A stretch of DNA of 64,000 nucleotides from assembly GCA_963667845.2 (NCBI GenBank), contig CAXXVL010000002.1, forward strand, positions 736,001 to 800,000, read 5' to 3'. Below, piece by piece: positions 19,510 through 28,557 of this stretch. This stretch comes from Smithellaceae bacterium. GTDB taxonomy: Bacteria > Desulfobacterota > Syntrophia > Syntrophales > Smithellaceae. The notes under the pieces are model-generated. The model searched no databases. It worked only from the letters and a program-made list of their open reading frames with translations, and was not told where the DNA came from. The translations under genes were made by a program, and so were the position numbers. Position 1 is the first letter of the stretch; every line of letters starts with the position of its first letter.

Positions 19510-21741
19510 ATGGAAAAGAAGACTTATACCCCCATTATTCCGGAATTAACAAAAAATGCGATTACTGTTCTGGAGCGGCGTTATCTGAAGCGCGATAAAG
19601 AGGGGAAAGTCCTGGAGACTCCTGTTCAAATGTTTCGGCGCGTCGCGGATACCATTGCCGCCGCAGATCAGAAGTTCAATGAAGAAACAGACACTGCGAC
19701 AGTTGCCGAAGAATTCTATCGCATGATGACCCAGTTGGAATTCTTACCCAATTCGCCGACACTGATGAACGCCGGGCGCGAACTGGGGCAGCTATCTGCC
19801 TGTTTTGTCCTGCCCGTCGGCGATTCCATGGAAGAAATTTTCGACGCCGTAAAATATACCGCTCTGATTCATAAATCCGGTGGCGGCACCGGTTTTTCAT
19901 TCTCCCGGCTGCGTCCGGCCAACGATGTTGTTCTGACCACCACCGGCATTTCCAGCGGCCCGATCTCCTTTATGCGTGTTTTCGATGTCGCCACAGAAAC
20001 GATCAAGCAGGGCGGAACCAGACGGGGCGCCAACATGGGTATCCTGCGCGTCGATCATCCGGACATCATGGATTTCATCATGTGCAAGGCCGACAAAAAG
20101 CAACTGAACAATTTCAACATTTCCGTGGGCCTGACCGAAGCCTTCATGAAGGCTGTAGACAAAGATGAAAATTACGACCTGCTGAATCCCCGCGACGGGC
20201 AGGTTTCCGGAACGCTCAACGCCCGCAAGGTTTTCAACCGGATTATCACGCAGGCCTGGGAAAACGGTGAACCGGGCATTGTGTTTCTGGACCGGCTGAA
20301 CCGCGACAATCCAACACCTCATGTCGGAACCATCGAATCGACCAACCCCTGCGGAGAACAACCGCTCCTGCCTTATGAATCGTGCAACCTGGGCTCCATC
20401 AACCTCAGTAAAGTGGTTCAGAGCGGCCAGATCAACTGGAAGCGCCTGGGCGAAGTTGTTCACCTTGCGGTTCATTTTCTCGATAACGTCGTGGAGATCA
20501 ATAATTATCCTCTGCCGCAGATTGCCGAAATGACCCTGGGGAACCGCAAAATCGGACTGGGTGTCATGGGCTGGGCGGATATGTTGATTGCGCTGGGCAT
20601 TCCTTACAACACCGAGGAAGCCATTGAACTGGCCCACAAAGTTATGGGGTTCATCAACGAACAGGGACACACTGCTTCGCAGGCGCTGGCCAAGACCCGC
20701 GGCGTGTTTCCTAATTTCAAAGGGTCAGTCTATGATAAAAAAGGCATGCCGCCGATGCGCAACGCCACGGTGACGACGATCGCGCCCACCGGGACCATAT
20801 CGATTATGGCCAATTCCTCTTCCGGCGTGGAACCGCTTTTCGCCGTCTCTTACGTCCGTCAGGTAATGGATAACGATATCCTGGTCGAAGTTCATCCCAC
20901 CTTTGAGGCCATCGCGAAAGAAAGAGGATTTTACTCGAAGGAACTTATGCAGCGGATTGCCGAACAGGGAACGCTTCGCCATCTTGACGAAGTTCCTGAG
21001 GACATCCGCAGCCTGTTTGTCACTGCACACGACATTTCGCCGGAAGTCCACATCCGGATGCAAGCCACCTTTCAGAAGCACACCGACAATGCCGTCAGTA
21101 AAACAGTCAACTTCACCAATGGAGCGACCGTTGCCGATGTCGCCCGCGTCTATGAGCTGGCCTATCAACTCGACTGCAAGGGTGTCACGATTTACCGCGA
21201 CGGCTCTCGCGATCAGCAGGTGCTGAGTGTCGGAAAAAAGCCGGAAGCCGCTCTGCCGACTAGCGCCGACAAAGACAGAGCAACGACCAAGCGCGAACGG
21301 CCGAAGGTGCTGAAGGGTTGGACTTATCAAATGCAGACCGGCTGCGGTCCGCTGTATGTCACGGTTAACGAGGACAGCACAGGTTTGTTTGAACTCTTCA
21401 CCACGATGGGCAAAGCGGGCGGTTGCGCCGCCTCGCAGAACGAGGCCATCGGACGATTGGTATCGCTTGCGTGGCGCAACAGCATACAGACGCGACAAGT
21501 CATCAAGCAACTGCAGGGCATTTCCTGCCACTCGCCGTCCGGTTTCGGTGAAAACAAGATCCTGTCATGCGCCGACGCCGTAGCCAAGGCGATTCAAGCT
21601 CACGTGGAAGCCAACGGCGGTAAGGTACAGCATGAAAAGCGCGTCTTCCGCAAAGGCGCCTGCCCCGACTGCGGCGGTATTGTCGAGCACGAAGGCGGCT
21701 GCGCCGTCTGCCATATCTGCGGCTACAGCGAGTGCGCGTAA
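19510..21741 (+). CDS. nrdJ: Class II (adenosylcobalamin-dependent) ribonucleotide reductase
   Basis: PNSPTLMNAG, LSACFV, NPCGEQ, TIAPTGTIS, KGVTIYRDGSR; TSCPD-like domain and C-terminal CxxC...CxxC..C. Confidence 0.97.
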   Translation: MEKKTYTPIIPELTKNAITVLERRYLKRDKEGKVLETPVQMFRRVADTIAAADQKFNEETDTATVAEEFYRMMTQLEFLPNSPTLMNAGRELGQLSACFVLPVGDSMEEIFDAVKYTALIHKSGGGTGFSFSRLRPANDVVLTTTGISSGPISFMRVFDVATETIKQGGTRRGANMGILRVDHPDIMDFIMCKADKKQLNNFNISVGLTEAFMKAVDKDENYDLLNPRDGQVSGTLNARKVFNRIITQAWENGEPGIVFLDRLNRDNPTPHVGTIESTNPCGEQPLLPYESCNLGSINLSKVVQSGQINWKRLGEVVHLAVHFLDNVVEINNYPLPQIAEMTLGNRKIGLGVMGWADMLIALGIPYNTEEAIELAHKVMGFINEQGHTASQALAKTRGVFPNFKGSVYDKKGMPPMRNATVTTIAPTGTISIMANSSSGVEPLFAVSYVRQVMDNDILVEVHPTFEAIAKERGFYSKELMQRIAEQGTLRHLDEVPEDIRSLFVTAHDISPEVHIRMQATFQKHTDNAVSKTVNFTNGATVADVARVYELAYQLDCKGVTIYRDGSRDQQVLSVGKKPEAALPTSADKDRATTKRERPKVLKGWTYQMQTGCGPLYVTVNEDSTGLFELFTTMGKAGGCAASQNEAIGRLVSLAWRNSIQTRQVIKQLQGISCHSPSGFGENKILSCADAVAKAIQAHVEANGGKVQHEKRVFRKGACPDCGGIVEHEGGCAVCHICGYSECA

Positions 21742-21886
21742 AGGATTGCAATTCTCTTTCCGGAGGAACTGCCAGGATACTGACATTTAGATATCTGCCC
21801 CATTTACCTGCCGTTATCTTTGCGCTCCTTCCGCTCTCACCGGGCGGGCTTCCCGGCAAAGAATTATTGACTGACCTTTACCCCTC

Positions 21887-22882
21887 CTACCTTCTATGCT
21901 CTGCCTCCCCCTCCTCCGGTCTTCCTGGAGACGACGGTTGGCGTTTTGATTCCCCCTGCGGTTGCCGCTGAACCTGAGGTCTCGGAACCTCGGGTTGTCT
22001 TGGCTGCTGCATCTGAGGTCTCTGAACTTCAGGTTGTCTTTGTTGCCGGACCTCAGGTCTTGGAACTTCGGGCTGTCTCGGCTGTTGAACCTGGGGTCTC
22101 TGAACGTCGGGTTGTCTTTGTTGCCGGACCGCAGGTCTCGGAACCTCGGGTTGTCTTGGCTGTTGAACCTGGGGTCTCTGGACGTCAGGTTGTCTTTGTT
22201 GCCGAACCTCAGGTCTTGGAACTTCGGGCTGTCTTGACTGTTGAACCTGGGGTCTCTGAACGTCGGGTTGTCGCTGCTGCTGAACCTGAGGCCTCCGAAC
22301 CTCGGGTTGTCTTTGTTTTTCTTGTATCTGTTCCTGATGCCGCTGAACTTCAGGCCTCTGACGGTATTGCTCTTGCCTTTGCTGTCTTAGCTCTTGTCTT
22401 TGCGGCAGCGGCCGAGGCTGATAGCCCTGGACGCCCCAAGTATTGCGGCTTTCCCAATGTCGGCTGCTGTGCCAGCTTTGCCAGTTTTGTTGAAGCCGCC
22501 GCTCAGGAATTCGTTCATAGTCCCACCGGTGGCCGTACCAATTGCGTTCTCTGTAGTATCCTCGCCAACCCGGGTCAACATCAAAATAGAAACTTGGAAC
22601 ATTGCGATAATAAGCCCAACCCCGGTTATAGTAACGTGAACGGTACCAGCGGCCTTCCCAGGGACGCCACCACCAGCCATTCCAGAAAAAAATGTCCACA
22701 TCGACATCAGGAACAACATATACGTCATCAGTATCGGGAACCACTATCACAGCCGGAGGCTGTTCGAATACAATCATTGGCGGCAGAGGAATCTGAATAC
22801 TTATATTAACCTCGGTCATTGCCGGAACGGGCAGCACAATGGCCAACGCCAAAAGAATTGTCCCAAAGAATAGCTTTTTCAT
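21887..22882 (-). CDS. Secreted hypothetical protein with a Trp/Tyr/Arg-rich domain and a Q/R/P tandem-repeat tail
   Basis: Signal peptide, GGAG RBS, FFWNGWWWRPWEGRWYRS segment, 13-aa repeats. Confidence 0.8.
   Translation of the reverse strand: MKKLFFGTILLALAIVLPVPAMTEVNISIQIPLPPMIVFEQPPAVIVVPDTDDVYVVPDVDVDIFFWNGWWWRPWEGRWYRSRYYNRGWAYYRNVPSFYFDVDPGWRGYYRERNWYGHRWDYERIPERRLQQNWQSWHSSRHWESRNTWGVQGYQPRPLPQRQELRQQRQEQYRQRPEVQRHQEQIQEKQRQPEVRRPQVQQQRQPDVQRPQVQQSRQPEVPRPEVRQQRQPDVQRPQVQQPRQPEVPRPAVRQQRQPDVQRPQVQQPRQPEVPRPEVRQQRQPEVQRPQMQQPRQPEVPRPQVQRQPQGESKRQPSSPGRPEEGEAEHRR
21962..22312 (-). repeat. Nine tandem 39-bp coding repeats (RQP[ED]V[QP]RP[QE]V[QR]Qx) with a 78-bp higher-order alternation
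   Basis: Counted directly from the translation. Confidence 0.9.
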
Positions 22883-23102
22883 TTTACTGTCTCCTTATTT
22901 CCTGAGCTTAATATGCTCATCATCCATCCGGCGTCTATCCCGTACCTTTTGCTTGCCTTTTTATTGAGGCTGCATATTTCAGCCGTCATTGTTTCAAATA
23001 TTTTCTGTACTGACCAACGACCTTTATGAACGATATCCTGAATGCGCACACGGGGGTTTGATTCGTTGTGCTTCCTTGTTGTTATTCTTTTTGGCGTCGC
23101 TC

Positions 23103-23279
23103 TTAGCGCCTGTCATCCCTGTCGTGTCGATCGCCCCGGTCATGTCGATCATCTCTATCGTGTCGATCACCACCGTCATGTCTTCTCCCTCCATCACGGT
23201 CGTCATAGGGTATAAAACAACCGCTGAGGCATATAAGCATCATAATTAAGGCCATTCCCAACATTATTATCCTTTTCAT
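23103..23279 (-). CDS. Small lipoprotein with four RHDxxD repeats
   Basis: MKRIIMLG...LSGC lipobox; GGAGGG RBS; four 18-bp repeats at 23112-23183. Confidence 0.7.
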   Translation of the reverse strand: MKRIIMLGMALIMMLICLSGCFIPYDDRDGGRRHDGGDRHDRDDRHDRGDRHDRDDRR

Positions 23280-23334
23280 TTTCCCCTCCGTTTTTCCGGT
23301 ATAAGGAGACACAGCAGCATGTATCGCCCGATGT

Positions 23335-23450
23335 ACTCCGCTAAACCCTTTTTGAATTTACCCGGTTTTTTTCTGAACTCTGCCGGCCATCTCTTCTCCA
23401 TTTCTTCTGCCTCAAGCGCCCGATAATTGCTTCATTTCCGGCAGCCGCCT
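23335..23450 (-). pseudogene. Degraded CsbD-family stress protein
   Basis: SNYRALEAEE, then a frameshift, then NGEEMAGRVQKKTG*IQK, resembling the CsbD pattern LEAEG..EK.AGKVQ.K.GQ; sits in a BON/lmo0937 cluster. Confidence 0.55.
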
Positions 23451-23557
23451 GGGTTCAGCCTTAAAATGTGATTGAAAAGAAACAGACAGTCCCAATATAA
23501 TCTAATATTGAGACCGCGTCGTAATGCTGACTTCAATGTATTCCTTTTCCCAAGCAC

Positions 23558-23872
23558 CTATTTTACGATCAGGTTATTCTTTACGGATTTCACCCCTTTG
23601 ACACTCTTGGCGATTTCATCCGCTTTATCGACAGCCTGCCGAGAATTAACGAAGCCGCTGAGCTGAACGGTGCCCTGGTATGTCTCCACGCCGATCTGAA
23701 ATGATTTGAGCAAATTATCTGCGGCAAGCAGTGATTTAATTTTGGTCGTAATGACCGAGTCGTCGACGTATTCCCCTGTACTTTCACGTGTGCTTGTCGA
23801 TGCACAGGCTGCAAAAGTGGCAATCAGCGCAAGAAGCACCAAATAACTGATAACGATATTTCTCTTTTTCAT
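23558..23872 (-). CDS. BON-domain (OsmY-like) lipoprotein
   Basis: Lipobox FAAC; STGEYVDDSVITTKIK, GTVQLSGFV, GVKSVKNNL. Confidence 0.93.
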   Translation of the reverse strand: MKKRNIVISYLVLLALIATFAACASTSTRESTGEYVDDSVITTKIKSLLAADNLLKSFQIGVETYQGTVQLSGFVNSRQAVDKADEIAKSVKGVKSVKNNLIVK

Positions 23873-23926
23873 ACCTAAGTCCTCCTGGTAAATTTGTAAT
23901 GAAATAACTACTTCGGATTCAGATCG

Positions 23927-24076
23927 CTACAACGGTCTTCGCCCCTGAATGACTCTGACTACAATGACAATAATGGCAACAACAAGCAGGATATGAATAA
24001 AATTACCCAGCGTATAGCCGGTCACCAGACCCAGGACCCACAAAATGATCAGTACAACAGCAATTGTCCACAGCAT
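23927..24076 (-). CDS. lmo0937-family (DUF5670) small membrane protein, 49 aa
   Basis: Manual translation MLWTIAVVLIILWVLGLVTGYTLGNFIHILLVVAIIVIVVRVIQGRRPL; GGAGG RBS; below the ORF-track cutoff. Confidence 0.9.
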   Translation of the reverse strand: MLWTIAVVLIILWVLGLVTGYTLGNFIHILLVVAIIVIVVRVIQGRRPL

Positions 24077-24589
24077 TTGATCCTCCGATTCGCGTATTCA
24101 TCATCCTTACTGTTCGACCTACACGGACGCCGCTCGAACAGTATACCTTGTCGCAAAAAAGACCAGCCGGCTCTGTGTTTCTACGTTTGTTTGTATAAGA
24201 ATAGGTAATGAAAGCGGAATTCGCAATAATAGTTGACTGTCTGCTTATTGGTATATGAATCCTACCCTTAAATGCTTGGATGTTGATTCTGCTTTTCTAA
24301 AGGGCGGTCTTAAAAAATGTTGAGATCGGTGAAAATCTATATCCTGCTGAAAGGTATGCGCGGTGAGACCGGTATGGATTGGATGCCCTGCTTTGATCCA
24401 TGGAACGTTTGTCCTTCCCGGCCATGGAAATTCGACCTGGCAAGACTGGATAGCAATCCCCTGATAAACGACGCCCGGGGCTTCCTGCTTTTGATGCCCG
24501 CATACTCTGATAGCCGCCTGCCCCTATGTTCCTGACAGGGCACAGGTCGATCTGTACGGGAAAGCCATTTTTGCTCACCGGAAGATCCA

Positions 24590-25312
24590 TCACGTCCGGT
24601 TTTCCGCTCCAGCCAGTCGACTGCGTATCATGTCAGCAACCTGTTTGGCCCAGATGGAATAGGCAAGTGCCCCGGGGTGAAAACCATCTGCCGCCATATA
24701 CGCTGCGTCCAGGGGGAAGTCTGTCGCAACAAACTGGCACCGCTTGTCACCTCCCGCTAATTTTTGCAGAGCACTATTAAATTGCCGGGCCCTCATCCCG
24801 AGATACCACCTCAGGGGTTGAGGCAGGGCCGGAAAGAGGTGCATGGGCGGAACGGCCGACAACATGATATGCTGTGACTGGAACTTCGATTGGAGCAGTT
24901 CGATAATCCGCCCTTGTTGATCAATCCATTTTTGTGTGTTTGTTCCATGTGTGACGTCATTGACGCCGATAGACGTAACAACCACCTCGAACGCCTCCGG
25001 CAAAAGCTCCTCAAGCCTTGCCGCTACATCCTTCGCTCGACGGCCTGTCTGCGCAACCAATTTCCAGGACACCCGAAAATCGGCACCCAGTGCAAAAACC
25101 AGCTGGCCGGAAAGGGCCTGACTTTGGGTTGACACGCCAACACCGGCCGCGGCGGAATCGCCGAGGATGAGCAGGTTGAGGCCCGGTCCGGATCCATTCG
25201 TGCCGAACCTGTCACCAGACGGTTCCGGCAACCTGGGCGTTCTGAAACGAACATAAAGGGCCTGCGCAATCAAGAATGGAGCAAGGCCCATGGCCGCAAA
25301 TATGTATTTCAT
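24590..25312 (-). CDS. SGNH/GDSL hydrolase
   Basis: LGDSAAAGVG, GVND and DGFHP blocks. Confidence 0.92.
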   Translation of the reverse strand: MKYIFAAMGLAPFLIAQALYVRFRTPRLPEPSGDRFGTNGSGPGLNLLILGDSAAAGVGVSTQSQALSGQLVFALGADFRVSWKLVAQTGRRAKDVAARLEELLPEAFEVVVTSIGVNDVTHGTNTQKWIDQQGRIIELLQSKFQSQHIMLSAVPPMHLFPALPQPLRWYLGMRARQFNSALQKLAGGDKRCQFVATDFPLDAAYMAADGFHPGALAYSIWAKQVADMIRSRLAGAENRT

Positions 25313-26092
25313 CTCTTTTATCATCCTGACCTTGAATTGATTATCGTTGCATTTACAAATCAATATCGTCTGAAATATGTTCTGGCATTTAATGACTGCG
25401 AGAGGCAAGCAGAAGAATTTGAATATCCGCCGGGTCACAGTCTTTGTAAAAACATGCCATGATCTTCTCATGGCAAATCCTTAAAGCTATTTGAATATGT
25501 CATTACGAAGTATCCATTTCCTGAAAATAGCGTATTGCTTCAGGCCTAAGTCATAATGCCCCGGCCTTCCTCCATTCGCAAATCCTTTTTTACCGCAAAA
25601 ACCGGGATTAAATATTTATCGCTGGACCATCTTCACATATCGACCATCAGCTCGTTGCTGATAGACGACGCGCATAATGTCGGGTATCCGCAGCGAACAG
25701 GTTAAATTATCCGCCTGCGAATCTCCGGAGTTCGCATCCTTACCATGAGTATTTACGGAACGAAGGAACTAACCGGTACGTCCCGATGAAGGTAATAATA
25801 TCTCTCTGTCATTTACTATGGAGAATCCGTACTCAAAACCTGCGGCTGATCCGGGTGATAATGCAGGAAAGCAATCATTAGAAAATATCCCTGTTTGCCC
25901 GGAAATGAATTGGACCGATTCTATTGATTTGCGAGGGACGCTTCAGAAACAGGGAAACTAATATTTCAGCAATTCATTTCAGCCTGCTATTTGTGCCCGT
26001 CCTCCCGCAATTCGTATATCGCGCGTAAAAACCTGCCAACATCCTTCCCCCTATTTTTCATTCGTTTCATTATCGTCACCCAGAAATTTATC

Positions 26093-26121
26093 TTGACAAC
26101 CTACCTACTAGTAGGTAAAAG
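26093..26121 (+). promoter_or_regulatory. Promoter with perfect 16-bp palindrome (probable TetR operator)
   Basis: TTGACA 26093-26098; TACCTACTAGTAGGTA 26102-26117 lies in the spacer and overlaps the -10. Confidence 0.8.
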
Positions 26122-26149
26122 CAGGTCATACCCTTACTGGTAAAATAGC

Positions 26150-26719
26150 ATGGACGAAAAAATGGATACAAAGAAACAGATTCTGGATATCGCCGAGGAT
26201 CTTCTTCTTGATCGCGGTTATAATGGCTTCAGCTACAAAGACATCTCCGGCGTTTTGAATATCAGGAACGCTTCCATTCATTATCATTTCCCCAAAAAGA
26301 CTGATCTGGGCGTCGCTATTATTCAGCGTGCCACTCATCGTTTTCAGAAGTGGGCAAGCCATATCGACAGTAAGGATTTACCCTGTTCAAAAAAGCTGGA
26401 TGAATTCTGCCTGATATTTAAAAAATTTGTGGAGGAAAAGCAGGTTTGTCTGGGCGGAGCGCTTCAGACGGATTATAAGACTTTGCCCGAAGAGATGCAA
26501 AAAGAGGCACAGCTCTTTCTTTCCAAGACATTTCAATGGCTGGAGAATTTTCTGGCGGCCGGCAGGAAAAAAGGTGAGTTCGATTTTCCCGGCAGCGCCG
26601 CCGATCAGGCGCTCTTGACTATTGCGAGCCTGCAGGGAGCCATCCAAATTGTCCGGGTGACGTCGCCGGCGAGTTTTGATGCGACGGTCAAACAGATTAA
26701 GAGGTACGTATGTGCATAG
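26150..26719 (+). CDS. TetR/AcrR-family regulator (NemR-like)
   Basis: GYNGFSYKDI..ASIHYHFPKK HTH; conserved Cys in VCLGG. Confidence 0.95.
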   Translation: MDEKMDTKKQILDIAEDLLLDRGYNGFSYKDISGVLNIRNASIHYHFPKKTDLGVAIIQRATHRFQKWASHIDSKDLPCSKKLDEFCLIFKKFVEEKQVCLGGALQTDYKTLPEEMQKEAQLFLSKTFQWLENFLAAGRKKGEFDFPGSAADQALLTIASLQGAIQIVRVTSPASFDATVKQIKRYVCA

Positions 26720-26800
26720 GGTTTTCCGGATACTCGACCTCATGCACCTCGCGTGACATTTAGGTTATCGGGGAATCGCCGGCCTGACGACTTTGCATAA

Positions 26801-26836
26801 AGATTGCCACGTTCACTGCCGTGAACTCGCAATGAC
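26801..26836. repeat. Short REP-like palindromic element
   Basis: AGATTGCCACGTTCAC-TGCC-GTGAACTCGCAATGAC; related partial sequences at ~10160-10180 and ~28497-28555. Confidence 0.5.
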
Positions 26837-26871
26837 GGATAAAGTCAAAAAAGTGTAAATGGAGGTTACGC

Positions 26872-27654
26872 ATGAGTGCTGCACTGAAGGAAAAAATTAA
26901 AAACTACGCAATGAGTCTGGGAGTAGACGACTTCGGATTTGCGGCTGTGGCGGATTACCAGAGTCCCCAGAGCCCGAAGATCGAAACCATATTCCCCGAG
27001 GCGAAATCAATTGTCGTGGCCTGCGTTAGAGAGATGTCCCACGTGGAGAGCCCCAATCCCCAGATTGCCATGAACGGGCGACTCGACATCATGGAATACG
27101 CCCGGTCAACCAATTATAAGATTTCGCGGTTTCTGGAAAAAGAATGCGGCGCCAAAGCCATGAGTGTCCCTCTTTCTTATCCCTTGGACCTGACCCCGCA
27201 AAATTCCCGCAGCGTTGCCGATGTATCGCTTCGGCATGCCGCCGTGGCCGCAGGACTGGGCGTTTTCGGACGCCACAATCTGGTGATTCATCCGCGCCTG
27301 GGGCCGCGCGTTCTCTTCATGGCCGTACTTACTGATCTGGCGCTTCCATCAGATCCTCAAGTGACCGAGGATCTGTGTATCCAATGCAACCTCTGCGTGG
27401 AAAGCTGTCCGGCTGCCGCTCTGAATGTTGAGGGACAGACGGATTTCGGAAAATGTATCAAGGTCTCTCAGCCCTATGGCCTGCCGAAGATCATTAATTT
27501 CTGGATGAAATGGGCCGGCAAATCACCCGATGAACAAATTAAAATGCTCTTCACCAAGGATTTCTTCATGACCTACCAGGCAAGTTTCATCGGCTTTCAG
27601 TATGCCTGCTTCAAGTGCTACAGTTCATGTCCTGCAGGCGGTAGTTGTAAATAG
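26872..27654 (+). CDS. Epoxyqueuosine reductase / reductive dehalogenase-like 2x[4Fe-4S] protein
   Basis: SLRHAAVAAGLGVFGRHNL, CxxCxxCxxxCP and C..CxxCxxxCP. Confidence 0.85.
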   Translation: MSAALKEKIKNYAMSLGVDDFGFAAVADYQSPQSPKIETIFPEAKSIVVACVREMSHVESPNPQIAMNGRLDIMEYARSTNYKISRFLEKECGAKAMSVPLSYPLDLTPQNSRSVADVSLRHAAVAAGLGVFGRHNLVIHPRLGPRVLFMAVLTDLALPSDPQVTEDLCIQCNLCVESCPAAALNVEGQTDFGKCIKVSQPYGLPKIINFWMKWAGKSPDEQIKMLFTKDFFMTYQASFIGFQYACFKCYSSCPAGGSCK

Positions 27655-27711
27655 AGTCGGGACATAGCGCCCGATATGAAGAACCCATTTTGATCAACTT
27701 TCAGTGGACAC

Positions 27712-28203
27712 ATGATGAGAGATAAAATGAAGATCACGAGAAGACGGATTTTGCTTCATACGACCATTCTACTTCTTTTGATATGTCCCTTCCTGTTAAC
27801 GGACGCCTATGCCCAATCCTGTGAGAAGGTTGTCCAAACCGTAAATGCGCGGCTTTTACCTGCAATCGATGAGCAGGAACTGATCTACGTCCTCCGCAGT
27901 CTGAACAAGACCGACAACAAAAGACTTCCGGCCAAGTTCCTGAAGAAGCAAGATGCCCGGTCACGGGGTTGGAAACCCGGCAAAGATTTGTGGTCAATAA
28001 GCGAGCTCAAAGGTGTCAGCATCGGGGGCGACCGGTTCCGGAATCTGGAGCGACGCCTGCCTGATAGAAAATGGCGGGAAGCGGATCTGGATTATAAAGG
28101 CGGCCGGCGCGGCGGCAAGCGTCTCGTCTACTCGCGTGACGGTGAGCGATGGGTAACCGTTGACCATTATCAGACTTTTACGGAGGTTCCGCCATGTCGC
28201 TGA
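27712..28203 (+). CDS. Secreted barnase-family guanyl-specific ribonuclease
   Basis: Signal peptide; IGGDRFRN.E..LP, WREADLDY, R.G.KRLVYS.DG, DHYQTF (catalytic Glu, Arg and His present). Confidence 0.92.
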   Translation: MMRDKMKITRRRILLHTTILLLLICPFLLTDAYAQSCEKVVQTVNARLLPAIDEQELIYVLRSLNKTDNKRLPAKFLKKQDARSRGWKPGKDLWSISELKGVSIGGDRFRNLERRLPDRKWREADLDYKGGRRGGKRLVYSRDGERWVTVDHYQTFTEVPPCR

Positions 28204-28475
28204 AGCGCTGCCGGCTAGACGGCCGTGACATTCAATCGCTTGGCGATCTCTATGATCGGCTTGCCGGTGGACTTGCCTTACCCCCGCACTTCGGCCGCAA
28301 TCTGGACGCGCTCTGGGATGTCCTTTCCGCAGATGTCGAAGGTCCATTTGAAATCATCTGGAAACATGCTGCTGAATCTAAAAAACTAATGGGCCGGGAT
28401 TATAGCCGGGTCGTAAAATTGTTCGAAAGATTAAAAAAGGAACGGGATGATTTCCGATTGCAGATCGAGTCGTAA
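28194..28475 (+). CDS. Barstar-family RNase inhibitor
   Basis: FGRNLDALWDVL motif; start overlaps the RNase stop. Confidence 0.93.
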   Translation: MSLKRCRLDGRDIQSLGDLYDRLAGGLALPPHFGRNLDALWDVLSADVEGPFEIIWKHAAESKKLMGRDYSRVVKLFERLKKERDDFRLQIES

Positions 28476-28557
28476 TTTTGTCACTCTCATCGTATAGTCA
28501 TTTCGATAGTGCCGTGAGAAATCAACTCGTTTATCGCTCGCTGCTCACGGGACAACT

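Noticed and set aside
19420..19510. Cobalamin riboswitch upstream of nrdJ
   Set aside because: Only 89 bp, AT-rich and fully explained by the promoter and NrdR boxes.
21790..21860. c-di-GMP-I-like motif on the minus strand (GGGAAG...GCGCAAAG)
   Set aside because: Poor stem match, and located 3' of convergent genes rather than in a leader.
21962..22312. Possible CRISPR array
   Set aside because: Repeats are contiguous, in frame and have no unique spacers; no cas genes.
21946..22809. 287-aa plus-strand repetitive ORF
   Set aside because: Antisense of the repeat protein, which has the signal peptide and RBS.
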